The position numbers and the translations under genes are program-made. Below, piece after piece: positions 52,272-63,819 of a stretch of 64,000 nucleotides of DNA; the first letter of the stretch is position 1, and every line of letters starts with the position of its first letter. This DNA comes from Lama glama (taxonomy: Eukaryota), in contig CM052816.1 in assembly GCA_028534125.1 (NCBI GenBank), positions 46,812,001 to 46,876,000 of the forward strand, written 5' to 3'. The notes under the pieces were generated by a model that saw only the letters and a list, made by a program, of their open reading frames with translations, searched no databases and had not been told where the DNA came from.

Positions 52272-52304
52272 GAAAGAAAGAAAAGAAAGAAAGAAAGAAA
52301 GAAA
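52272..52304. repeat. (GAAA)n microsatellite
   Basis: Seen directly; one imperfect unit. Confidence 0.9.
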
Positions 52305-52699
52305 TGAATCTCGGAAACATTAATAGGACTTCTTGCAGAGTTTACACTATCCGAGGTCTTTCGCCTTAGGCGGGGAGCAGGAGGTTTGTGCAGAAGGATG
52401 TGGATACCTAGCAGTCTGGGTACTGACTTTTTCTCACGGAGTCATTGGTGCAGAACCCAAAGATCTGAACATTCAGGTTGTTGGGAGAGCGAGATTCAAT
52501 GCTGTAACCACCGTTTGCCCAAAGTGCTCATTTATTGGGCAAAAGATACCTGCCGTGCCCTAATTGTGGCATATAGGGCTTCTTTTGCTTGGCTTGGTTT
52601 AATGATGGCAGATTCATAAAGCCACTGTCCGCCTTCAAGGGAAAGGGGAATCCTATCAGGCCACGCAGTGGGTACCTCCAAAGTGGGCATCAGTAGCTC

Positions 52700-53450
52700 C
52701 CAGAAGTAGGGTTCTGACCGGGAGCCAGGACTCCCAGAGGCCCTGCAGCAGGTGAGTAGCCCGCCTTCAATGAGGCCGGAGGGGCGCCCCCGGGAGCACA
52801 CCCCAGCCTGGGGCAGCGAGGGGCGTCGGTTGTCCGCTGAGGACTCTGAATCCTCAAAACCGCAGCTTTGATTTTTCGCTTTCCTGTTGTACCTGGGAGC
52901 CACCTTGAAGCCTCCTCTCCAGGATCCAGTCCCTACCTTTCCCCCGGACCGAGGCGCCGCCTTCCAACCCGAAATTCGTTCCTCTTCCCCTTGGCCTCTG
53001 GCCTGGGCGCTGCCGAGCCAACGTTCCAGGCCCGAGCCGCCGCCAGAACCCGATCCAGCTCCAGCACCCGCACAGGTGTCAGCTGGAGCTGGCATTATGT
53101 AACGGATTTGGCAGCCCGGACTCTAAGCAAACGGAATTAAGGAGGGTGGGTTTTTCCCTTTTCCTTTTTCTCTTGACTACATCTGGTATCAGGTGTACTT
53201 GATCCGCGGCAGCAGGTGTGTTTTTTTCCGCAGGAAAAGACCAAAAGGAATGGCGGCCCAGGTCAAGGCGTTCCCAAAGAGGGGCCCAAGGCAGGGCTGG
53301 GGGCCCAGGGACGAGCCTTCAACGTCCCCTTCCCCAGCTGCTCACCTGCGGCAGTCCGCCGCAGCCTCAGGTGGCCTGAAGTCCAGGCGCGAGGGGCGTG
53401 GAGCTGGTTGGCCCCGCTGGCTCTCTGTTTTCTGGCCAAAGCCTCTCCGG
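52700..53450. promoter_or_regulatory. CpG island containing a consensus donor CAG|GTGAGT (52751/52752)
   Basis: Dense CpG; donor seen directly. Confidence 0.65.
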
Positions 53451-56400
53451 TAGAAACTGTGGGGTTCTACCCCATGACTATTTGACTGTTATTAGCCTAC
53501 CGACCCCCTTGCAAATATGGCTGAATGTGACTTAGGGCGCAAAATCAGGAGATCCTAGGTAAAATTCCTTCGCAGGTGACAGGGAGCCCCGCCTTCATCT
53601 GGATAGCTTTACCTGAGAGCTACTTGGTCAGGCGCAGGTCTCAAAACCATCCAAAAAGAGCCAGCTTGGGACCCTTTCGAAAATACAAGACCATGGGACT
53701 CTTGCTCAATTGGTTTTTAAAACATTTAACCAATTTTGGTAAGCTGTAGGGGGGATTTCATATACTGTCAGGCTCCATTTTGTAAGACAGAAACGAAAGA
53801 AAATTTAGGAATGGTGGCCTCTCCCTCCCCAAACCTTCAGTTACTTGTGGACACCAAATAGTTGCTTTCAGGAAATTCAGTGCTAAGGGCTAGTTTGAAC
53901 CCCTTGAGACCTAAGGAAGGATTGGACAGTTAAGGAACCTTTGTTCAATTTTGGGGAGTGGGCTCTATTTTGAATGATAAAATAGGGAATAATGTTTAAG
54001 TGACCAACTTTTAGGCTAAATTTGATCCTGTGCATTTAGCCTGACAGGACTAATATCATTAAAAGTGATAACGTTAAAAGCAAAGGCTTGGAGAATTATA
54101 ACAGTAACTGTGAAGACAGCGGCCAGAGGCTGGGTGTCCGAATGGTTAGTTACAGGAGATCTGAGTGTGTATCCCGACTCCTTAATTCAGACTGAGGATT
54201 TCAGCTGGAAACTTACACTCATAAAGATTTGAATTGCAACTACATAAATAAAAACATGTCTTTTTTTTTTGGAGTAGCTCCCATTTATTAGATGAAGTTA
54301 CCAGGTAAGGCTGGCAGACTCTTTACACAGATATTTACATGACCCCCAGGTGCCTCTGTATCTGTCTTGTTAAACGTAGCACATCCCCAGCAATGACTAC
54401 CTACAAATGAGATTTTAGAAAATCTTGTAAAAGATAAGCAGAGAGAAGGGTAATATCTGTAGAGGGATTTTTAAAACAAAGTTTAAGCTAGCCCCATTAA
54501 ATACATCATGTTCAAAACTGTTTAGTAGTGAACTCCTGCTTTCCATGGTGCTTTGAAAGCCATTGATTGTTATCACAGGAGCCCTCCGCAAAAAGAATCC
54601 GGAAGCTGCACCCCCTACCCCTCTTCCTTTTTTTTTGAAATGCCCAAGAGTTTCTTCATGAATCCCATTTGCTGGATCTCCTCTGCCAGCTGAAGATCCT
54701 GTCGTGATCTGGGGAGGGACCAGCCCTGACTTGCAGCAGTCTGCTTCTGGGTGGAACTTGGAGATAAAACTACATTTTCATGCCAAAAGGACAAAATGAT
54801 TTTGCCCAGAATCAGGTTGTGTTTTCAAGTTACCATTCCTGTCTAGTCACGTGGTGCTTAAAAGACATAAACTGAAAGCAAACTCCTAAGTGTAGTCACC
54901 ACTGAACCGGTTTCGGACTTGGGATTTCTCTTGAGTCCTCATAAATCCTTTGGCAAAAGGGACAAGCCAGACTTCGTTGGGGCTACTTGGTGTCCACGTC
55001 AAGCCTTTGCGGGGCATTTTCTTAGCAAGGAAGATGAAATATCTGAGGTTGTGGATGATTTAAAAGAGAAATAAAAGAAATACACTTTATGAAGTTTGCT
55101 GCTTAAAATACAAAAAAGAAAAGTTTTCGCAAACTGCTAAGCCCTATTTAAATGTAGCCCAAAGTTTCTTTTTCCCTCCTTTACCTATTAGATAATCAAT
55201 TACTTTCCTTTACACTAATTGTTCTGTACCTCACATCTGCATCTTGTTGAGCCTTTCCCCTCTTCCGGAGAACCCAATCCTGAGGCCTCATTAGAAGAAA
55301 ACACTGGCTAATAATTTCAAAGAAAGAGGAAAATTCTCTAACATAGTATGCAATAAGCAGAGCAGTTTACTTATTAAGCAATTCCTAAATAATGAAAAAA
55401 TGAGTTCTGTCTCCATCTTCCCTCTGCCCTATAGCCTGAACATTGCCCTGATACAAATACCCATTTCTAAATGTGTGGCTGATCCACAGAGACTGCACTC
55501 ATTCTCAAAAACAGAGCTCCAGACAGCGTGGATGTTCGAGGGCTGGGATGCAGATGGGCGCAGAGTATGCGCTCCTGGCACAGCGACCCAAGATTGCAGG
55601 CTGGGCTGGGGTCTGCATGCTTCCTACTTCCTCTCCTATGGCCGCTGGAGGAAATAATTCTTAAAACTCCCCTTCAGATTGGTAAAATATGATCCTCGTT
55701 TAATAGTTTGCACACCAGCTTATTGTGATGAAGGGCAATATTTTTATTTGCCTACAACTAACATAATTTTTAAAGAACAACTTCGTTTGTTCCATTTTCC
55801 TTCAAAACTACGGTGGGTGCAAACTAGCAATGTTATCTTCCTTATTCTGAAACAAGATTTGGCAAGTAAACGAGTTCTAAAACATGTCAAATGTTCCAAT
55901 AATTTAATGTTCAGAGATTTTTTTATGCCACAGGATGGATCGATAACTCTATAGCAATAATAATCCCTTAACTAAATATACAATGCATTGTTCACCAAGA
56001 CATCCAGTAGTTTCACTGAAGTGGGAGAAAGAGGATGGTTACCGTGACATCATTGCTATTATTTAAATGAAACTGCTAGGGGAGACTATAATTGTTAGTA
56101 AAAGCCCCCACCCCTCAGAGTTTCCCCTCCTCCTCTGGCATTTTATGACGTGTCACCCTCGATAAATGTAAGCAGAATTATGTCGATCCGAGTAGCCTGC
56201 TGTATAACCAAAATGTCGCATCTACAGGTCAGCAAGGAAATGCAGAGGAAAATTACCGTGTTTAAGAGATTGTTGTTTGAGAAAATATACATATTTATGA
56301 GTTTAGGGTGCTGATGTTCAAACTTTTTCTCTTTATAAATGTGACTGTGTGTGTGTTTGTGTGTCTTTGCGTACACGGAGAGTTCTATAAACGCTTGTGC

Positions 56401-56908
56401 GCATCCTCTGTAATATCCCCGTGATTGTACATTGAAGGCGGCCATGTAATCGTTACATGGCGCTGGCTTAATGCAGTTAACAGAGAACTAATGGGTCGTC
56501 TATGTCAGAAGCATGCATCTGTTTTTTAATCCCGTCACGTAATGAATTGGTTTTGTACCAGTCTGAGGCTTCCACCTTTATCCATCGTGGATGCTCTTGT
56601 CCAAGAAAACCATTTCAACCACTTTTGGTTCCTGACCATTGCTAAAATGACCCCCCTTCTTTCTCTGCAACTATTCTTTATTTTTTTAAAGCCTATTTTC
56701 GTATTTAACAATAATAATGAACAATTCTGGCTGCACAGAAACTCAGTTGAAATGATCCGGTGAGCTCTTACTTTGGTCCTTGCTGAGAACTATAATCTCA
56801 AATACTGGATATGATCGGACTTGGTCGCGGGCTCCAAGCTGCAGGAGACCGAAGCTACTTTTTCGTGCCGAGATTGCACCTTCTTTCTAGCCTGGAGCGT
56901 GCGCGCTT

Positions 56909-56912
56909 CACG

Positions 56913-56970
<58 letters not shown>
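56909..56970. repeat. Compound microsatellite CA(CG)5(CA)12(CT)13
   Basis: Seen directly. Confidence 0.95.
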
Positions 56971-56973
<3 letters not shown>

Positions 56974-57649
56974 GTAATAACAAGTTGAGGGGGTGCCCAA
57001 AATGTGAACAGAGATGCAGGGCATACGGATGCCGCCCGGATGAGCGGCGCGGGGCCCAGGGGCTATGGCTAAGGTGGGCGCCGGCGGCTAGGGTGAGGAC
57101 ACGCTGGGTCTGCGCGGGCTTCCAGCTCTGGTCTGAGACGCGGGCGAGGGTGGCCAGGAGCCCAGGAATGAAATCTAAGTTCCGTGGAGCTTGGAGCCCC
57201 TAGACAGCCACCCCCGTCCGGGCGGAGGAGACCTCTCCGCGGTCCAGCTCGAGCGTGGAGCGGCCTCCGGCGCTCGCTCTGGCCGGGCAGAAGCCTGCGA
57301 AGGGGGTCCCGTGGCGCTTTTGTACTGCCCCGCCTGGGCCAGCCGCGATCTGACGCACCGGCTCCCCTGGGACGCTGGGGGCGTCGCACTGCAGCTGGGT
57401 GGGGAGCAATTTATTCCTCGCTGTCCCATCCCAGCCCATCTTCGGTTACTCCACCCTACCCCTCCCTTCCCTCCTCCTCCTCTACCTACGCCTTCACTAC
57501 CTCAGATTCTCCACCTCCTCTTCATCCTCCATCCCCCTTCGACTTCTCTCTCCCCCCGCTCCTCCCGCCCTCCTCCCTTCCCTCTCCCCTCCCTCTCATC
57601 TCTGAATAAGCAAGCTTTTGCCTCTAAAAGTCACAAGTAATCCTCGTGT

Positions 57650-57701
57650 GTGACAGAGGGAGAGAGAGAGGAAGAGGGGGGAGAGAGGGGGGGGAGAGAG
57701 A

Positions 57702-57734
<33 letters not shown>

Positions 57735-57853
57735 CGGGGGGCAGGCAGGCAAGCCCGCCGAGAGGAGCAGCAGGCAGGAGGGGAATCTGGCATAACGGCT
57801 GGGAGAGGAAACTTGACGCTTCAGGGCCACCATTTGCCAGGGCCTCAATCGAG
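57650..57853 (+). ncRNA. LINC00461: Candidate first exon of the miR-9-2 host lncRNA (LINC00461/MIR9-2HG; mouse C130071C03Rik orthologue)
   Basis: Lies in a CpG island downstream of a pyrimidine-rich promoter-like tract and ends in a consensus donor GAG|GTAAGT (57853/57854). Identity rests on known synteny (this lncRNA follows MEF2C on the same strand); the TSS position is a guess. Confidence 0.55.
57655..57734. repeat. (GA)n / polypurine tract
   Basis: Seen directly. Confidence 0.95.
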
Positions 57854-58486
57854 GTAAGTACCCTGGGGACAGCGGAGTTCGATTCCTGGCAGGGTCCAGC
57901 CTCCACCCATAGCCCAGGCCCAAGAGATGGGCACCATTACCTGGGGCTACTCAAATAATGATAAAAATGGAGATGGGGTGCGAGCGGGCGGGCGGGGTGA
58001 GGTGCGACAGCGGGCTGGGATCTGGCCGTACCGCGGATCAGGATCAAGAAGATGCTGTGAGCCTGGGAAGACTGGACTCCAGGCTACTGCCCTGAGGCGC
58101 CCTATACGTCCTGCAAGGGTTCCAAGCCACTTCAGGGGGGCTTCCAAGTACCCTATTTCTCTCCCTATGCTGCGCGTCCTCACAGCTCCCCTCTTTTACA
58201 CACCCGCGTGCAAATGACCCCCTGCTCTGTCATGAAGTGACAATTTGCGCCTCGCTCAAACCTTGGAAAGGGAAAGTTTGGCTGCGCAGCTCTGTGGTTC
58301 CCTGGAACCTAAACTGGGAACCCAAGACTTGCAGAGGAAATCGACAGTTTTCCTTTTCTCTTTCTTTCTTTTTTTTTTAAATTACCTTTAACAAAAAATT
58401 GTGTGCATTCAAGAAGATTATTGGATTACTATGTCTGATCAGCTGCTGATGACCTACCAATAAGCGTTTAAACATACACTCATATT

Positions 58487-58526
58487 CGCGCGCGCGCGCG
58501 CACACACGCGCACACACACACACACA
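58487..58526. repeat. (CG)7(CA)3(CG)2(CA)8 alternating purine-pyrimidine tract
   Basis: Seen directly. Confidence 0.95.
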
Positions 58527-59170
58527 AGGGGGGCTATGTGCAGTGAGAAAGGCCGTCATAAGTAACCAAGAATTCAGAGGGAGTCGCGAGAGCTTTTAAA
58601 TGTGTAAAAGCTGTGTACATGTCCTCCATGTGTACAGAGAGCAGAGGGAGGGGACAGAGGGAGCAAACGTTGGCTCGGCTTTTTCTCTGTGCCTGTGTGT
58701 TTCGTGTGTTGTCAGCTGGCTCTGGTTTCTAAGCGCTGAACACTGCCAGGGGCGGGGGCCGGCATCCACCATCCACCTCGGCACCCTAGTGGCGAAACAG
58801 GACTCATTTGTTTGGTGCAGAGCGGTGACGACCTAGAAGAGACTGAAGTGTGGTTAGGTCGGCCCCCTGCCATCCATTACACCTGCAGCAGATGGCTCAA
58901 GTGGTAGAATGGTTTTGTTTGCAGGGATCAAGAAGGGAGGAGGGAGAGGCTAGAGCCTCGCCCCACACTAGGGAAGCACGATAAAGAACCAAAGACATGA
59001 AAGGAGCTATATTTCTACTAGCAAAAGCAATAATGTTGCCACGGTCCGTGAGTGAACCTGGGACATGTTAGTGAGCTTGGTGCCTGACTCCAATTGATGA
59101 CACGGTAGAATTTTAGGAGCAGTATTTTTTCAAATGAATTTTTTTTTAAATGAAGCACCTACTCCTCCCT

Positions 59171-59244
59171 ACACAGACACAGACAGACAGACAGACAGAC
59201 AGACACACACACACACACACACACATACAGACACATACACACAC
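59171..59244. repeat. (ACAG)n/(AC)n compound microsatellite
   Basis: Seen directly. Confidence 0.9.
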
Positions 59245-61281
59245 CTGTCTCCAACCAGATGCACACAGGTGTCCTTGGAGCTCTACTCTCTGAAGCCAAA
59301 CGTCATTGAGCCCCTGCGGATTTCACCGCAGCTGAAAGGAGGCCACCTCCAAGCTCTGGGAGCCTCTCCCTTCTCCCCAAGTGATCTGTGCCATCAGCCT
59401 GCCAGCTACCACACACAAGGCTCTCACCCCATATAACCATCCTGCTGGGATATAACAAGGTTTCAGATAGATTCATCTCATTTTACATGCAATGATGTGC
59501 CTTTTTGATCAATAATCCCATCCTCACATCCCTTCCTTCCTTCATGCTTCTCAACAAGCAGGAAAGGAAGTACACACATGCACACACACACACACCCTCC
59601 CGGGAGAGCCCAGAGGGAGGGCAGGTGTGACAAAGGAACACAGACACAGTCTAATGACAGTTTAGCTTGTCTTCCTTTCTTAATTTACTTGCCAAATACG
59701 AGGAATTTAAAGAGAAATAAATTAAAGAAGGGAAGTATATTAAAGACCTAAACAGAACAAGAAGCCTTGCCTCCACCCTTACTTCACACCCACACATACC
59801 ACTGTAGCAACCATGGATATTCATGGTTTATATGTTTTATGTATATCCATTATATATAACATGGCATATAATATAAAACATGCACATATGCATATTTCTT
59901 GTGAATAAGAAACAACTTCAGTGGCTTAATTTTTTGTTCAAAGTAAACAAACAGTCCTTTAATTGTGGTTTAATATGTTTATGCTTTGGGGTCATTAGGT
60001 ATATAGAGAAATTGCACTATTTTTGACACTTAAATTCTAGTCTTCTATTTTCTTTAATGGTAAATCAAAAATACTTAGAGTCAATAAAACCAAAGAATAT
60101 TAAACAACAATGAGAATCCACTCTAGCTGAGATTTTCAAGTCATAAATAAAGCTACATTCTAGTAGTGCTTCTTAAGAAAGGAGAGAATTTCAACCCTTG
60201 CATTTTCCAAGTTGCCTTCAGTACCCAAAGATACCTCTGAATTGGGTTTGGTTAATGGGTGCTTGCTCTGTGTCCAGTATAATTTAATTTTTCTGTAATA
60301 ATTTTCTTTTCTATGAAGATTTCCATTACACCAGGAGAAAGCTGACTTTGATATGCAGAGGGGTGCAGGTTTCATTGACAGCAATGTCATTAGGATATAG
60401 CTCTGTTTTATTCACCATTAGTAATACAGGTTTATTCATACATCATACAAACTGCTAAGGTCCTGCTCTGGGATATGAATTCATACATTATCAGAACACA
60501 TTCAGATACACTTGAAGAAAAAAATTCTCGCAAAACTGAGTTGAAGAGCTGCCTTCTTGAGCATTTTAGAGATTTTTTTAACTAAAAAAAAAATGGAAGA
60601 GACTTGATCTAAAATTCTTGACTTCAGGGCAGAGTCCAAAATTATTTAACCAAAACAGAATTAGCAAAACTTTTCTTATTGTAGAGAATGCAGACAAAAA
60701 TTAAGCCCTAACAAGACCTTCCTCCCCTTTTCCTCAAAAGCCTTTAGACCCTAGTTCCAACCACTATCTAAAGCTAAGGGAAATAACTCCTGGGATGAAC
60801 TTACACTTTAAATGACAAGTTTTTTCTTTCTTCTTAAGTCTGGGGTTTTAAATGAGTAGTATTTTAAAGAGAAAATCTCAAGGATTCAAATTAGTTCAAA
60901 TAGCCCCATCTTCGTAGGAGAAGGAATGTATTTTAATGTTTAAGCATGTTAACACCTGAATCACACTCAGTTGGGTTTCTCAAGCCCAGGTGAGTCTCAA
61001 AATCTAACAGTGAAAACGGAGGCATCTGGGGAGGAAAAGCCTGAGCTTCCTCCTTTCTTTCTCCACCCAGTGCTGGAACCACCTACACATCCTTTTCACA
61101 GAAGCGGCTATTTGCTCGAGCAGAATGGACTGAGGAGAGAAAGGAAATGTGGAATAAACGAGGCGGTTTCTTTTCATCCTCATCCTTGCTACGTTTTCGT
61201 GGGGCCTCGCCTTCCTTTGGCATCACCTTCCTTTTCCCAACTGAGGCCAACAGTCCAAGGATTCACATTCACATTTAGCAG

Positions 61282-61312
61282 GATCGATCGATCGATCGAT
61301 CGATCGATCGAT
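61282..61312. repeat. (GATC)7GAT self-complementary tetranucleotide repeat
   Basis: Seen directly. Confidence 0.97.
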
Positions 61313-61409
61313 ATAGCTATCAATCATCAGGTCTCGAAAATATCACCACCACCCCAAATTTGCCTTTACTTTCGGTGTAAGTAAGAAGATCATAATCTTT
61401 AAAGAAAAG

Positions 61410-62770
61410 CTACCAAAGCGGCGGTGAGGGCACGCTCAAGGTGCGGGAGGCTGGTGAGTAGGAGGGTTCGATCGGCCCGCTTGCCTGGCGCCGGCCACTA
61501 CGTATGAGTCTGTGTCCTTGACTCGTACATGTCCCTTCTTAAGGGAGGATAATGAACTCTCCTCTGATTCTAATTTGTAAAGATATCATCTTTAGGAGGC
61601 ACCAAAATGGGGGTCGTGGAGAAGAGGCCTGGGTCGTGAACCTGAAGAGGTCAGGGCTCCAGCTTCTGCCTGTATCTCTCTTAAAACCAGGAGACGGTGG
61701 CCAACTGCGTCTGCAGATCCCTCGGTTCCCTAGAAGAAAGAGACTCGGGCTGGAGGCCTTGTGTGCCGGCGCGAGTGTTCAGGCCCATCCTAGGGGTCTC
61801 TAGAAGCGAAGGCTTTGCCTTCCCTTGGGCAAGCGATGCCTGGAGGGGTGGGCCGAGCGTTGGGCACGGGTTGCCACCGCCTCCCAAATGCATGCAGCGG
61901 TGCACCCCTAGTCCAGGGGCGCCCCGACGGCCCCGACGCGGTGCCCACGCGGCCAGTAGGTGTCGCTGTTCCCCTGCTGGCCGGAGCCGGGAGCCCCGCG
62001 CTGGCCCCCGCGCCACTCAGCCTTCCGCGCCGGGCGGGTTCACAAACCCACCAGTGCTCGGGAGAGAGGGCTACTGCCCTCGGGAACCGTCCCCTCGCTC
62101 ACCTGGCCAAAACCGCAGCGACATTGGCCGGCCTAAGGGAGCGCCTTCGGGGAGAGAAAGAAGGGAGCGGCCTGTTGGGGCAAACGCTGGGCCCCGACGG
62201 AAGCGGCTTGAAGCCACCAACTCTCCCTCCTTTCTCTTCACGTGCTGTGGGGCAGCGACTGGGCACTGGGACCATCCTGGTAAAATCTCGAGCCAGGGAA
62301 TTCACCTGGAGCTCCACATTGGCTTTAAAAATAAACAAGAGGTTGAAATCCCAGCTTCGTGGGAACTAGCCATAGAATAAGGGGAGTCTTTTCAATTTCT
62401 TGCCTTAAAAAAAAAAAAGACAGAAAAAAAAAAAAGAAAAAAGAAGGAAGAAAAAAAAGAAAAAAAGAAAAGAAAGAAATCTGGGCCTGGCCACACGCGT
62501 GAGCTATCTACCATTTTGTACACACGTCTGTACCCAGAAATGCCGGGTAACCGCGACATCCCCCATCCCCCGACACAGGAAGGAGTCAGTATTTGGATGT
62601 GGTTGTCCTCCCTGAAAGCACTGCTTGCCAAGTATTATTCCCCTTCGGAAACTAGCAGTTAGCACATCTTTGGGGTCTGTATTTAAATTCTAGGTATTGA
62701 GAATTCTGCGCCCTTCTCTGGCGTCCTGAGGCGCCCTGCCTTCGGCCTCGGTGTGCCGCGTTAGAGATTA
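61410..62770. promoter_or_regulatory. CpG island
   Basis: Dense CpG, densest at 61850-62250; CTCF-like site at 61950-61968. Confidence 0.75.
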
Positions 62771-63819
62771 TTAATCAGAAGCGTTTTTTGTGTGTCTCAA
62801 AAGGAGAGGGGTTTGGTTTCTGAATACCAAGAGGGATATTTACAATGGGTACATGGTCTAGGTGACTGAAGATTTTATTACGATTCTGATTGTTTCGTAC
62901 GGGGAAATCATTGTTCCAATTTGACGATAGGGAGGGGAACACTGTTGAAACGCTAAATTCGGAAGAGTTATTGAAAGTATGCAAAATGGAACTGGCTATG
63001 TATTTAAATTAATGTTTAAAAACCATATGCTCAGTTCAGATGTGGGGACACCTTTGCAGTCAAATTTTTAAAAGACCCACACTTTATCTACTTTTTTTTT
63101 GGTAAACGTAATCAACTCGTGAAGAAGAAAACTGTAACAAATATCAAAAAGGAAAGAAAAATTCTTACTGAAATTCCAAAATATTTCGGAGCACTGTTCC
63201 CATTCCTGACTGTGGGCCTCGGTCTCGCTGTCTCAGAAGACAAGGCTGGGCAAGTGCCCGAGTCTTCAAGGCAAGCCTTAACATTCTTAAGGTGAGGTGG
63301 CCAACATCTTCTTTAAATGTTCTCTCTTTTGCTGTATTTCACAAAATCGGCTCCTTTAGTTAAATCCTGTATCTGTTACACAATTCTAAATAATTATTTT
63401 TGATTGAGATGGCATATTAATCATTTGGTGACGTGGAAGAGGGGAGAAACACGTGTCTAATTGGAGGTTGTGAAGTTCAGTGAGGTGGTATTTTCAGCTT
63501 GGAAAGTCCAAATTCAGATATTTGGCCATTTCTCCCCCTCCCATCTTTTCCCTACTCCCTCCCCATTTTACTTTCTCTTTCACTCAACCCTTTGGGCTCC
63601 TTTCCCCGATTTTGCCCCTTTCCTTGGCTTCGGTCTCCCTCCCCCTCCCCCCTCCCCTACCACCCACAGCGCCTCTCTTTCCTCTCCATTCTCCTCTTCC
63701 CTTCTTCTCCCCCATCTCTCTGTGTGTCTGTATTTCTGTCTCCCCCTCCCCTATTTATTGTCTGATCCTATCAGCCAAGTTAATATAAAAGTAGCAAGTG
63801 GGAGGCCCAGTTACCTCCC

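Larger units (their letters stand above)
56810..58300. promoter_or_regulatory. CpG island / probable main lncRNA promoter
   Basis: Very dense CpG at 56810-57400, GC boxes, CT-rich then GA-rich tracts, followed by a strong donor. Confidence 0.75.

Noticed and set aside
52532..53095. 187-aa ORF on the - strand
   Set aside because: Low-complexity product of a CpG island; no family resemblance or splice support.
57855..57876. REST/RE1-like site (AGTACC...GGACAGCG); also half sites near 48038 and 49955
   Set aside because: Half-site spacing and left half do not fit the canonical RE1; half sites alone are weak evidence.
61697..62380. 227-aa ORF and overlapping 184-aa ORF
   Set aside because: GC-rich CpG island with few stop codons in any frame; non-ATG starts, Pro/Arg/Gly/Ala-rich, no recognisable domain.
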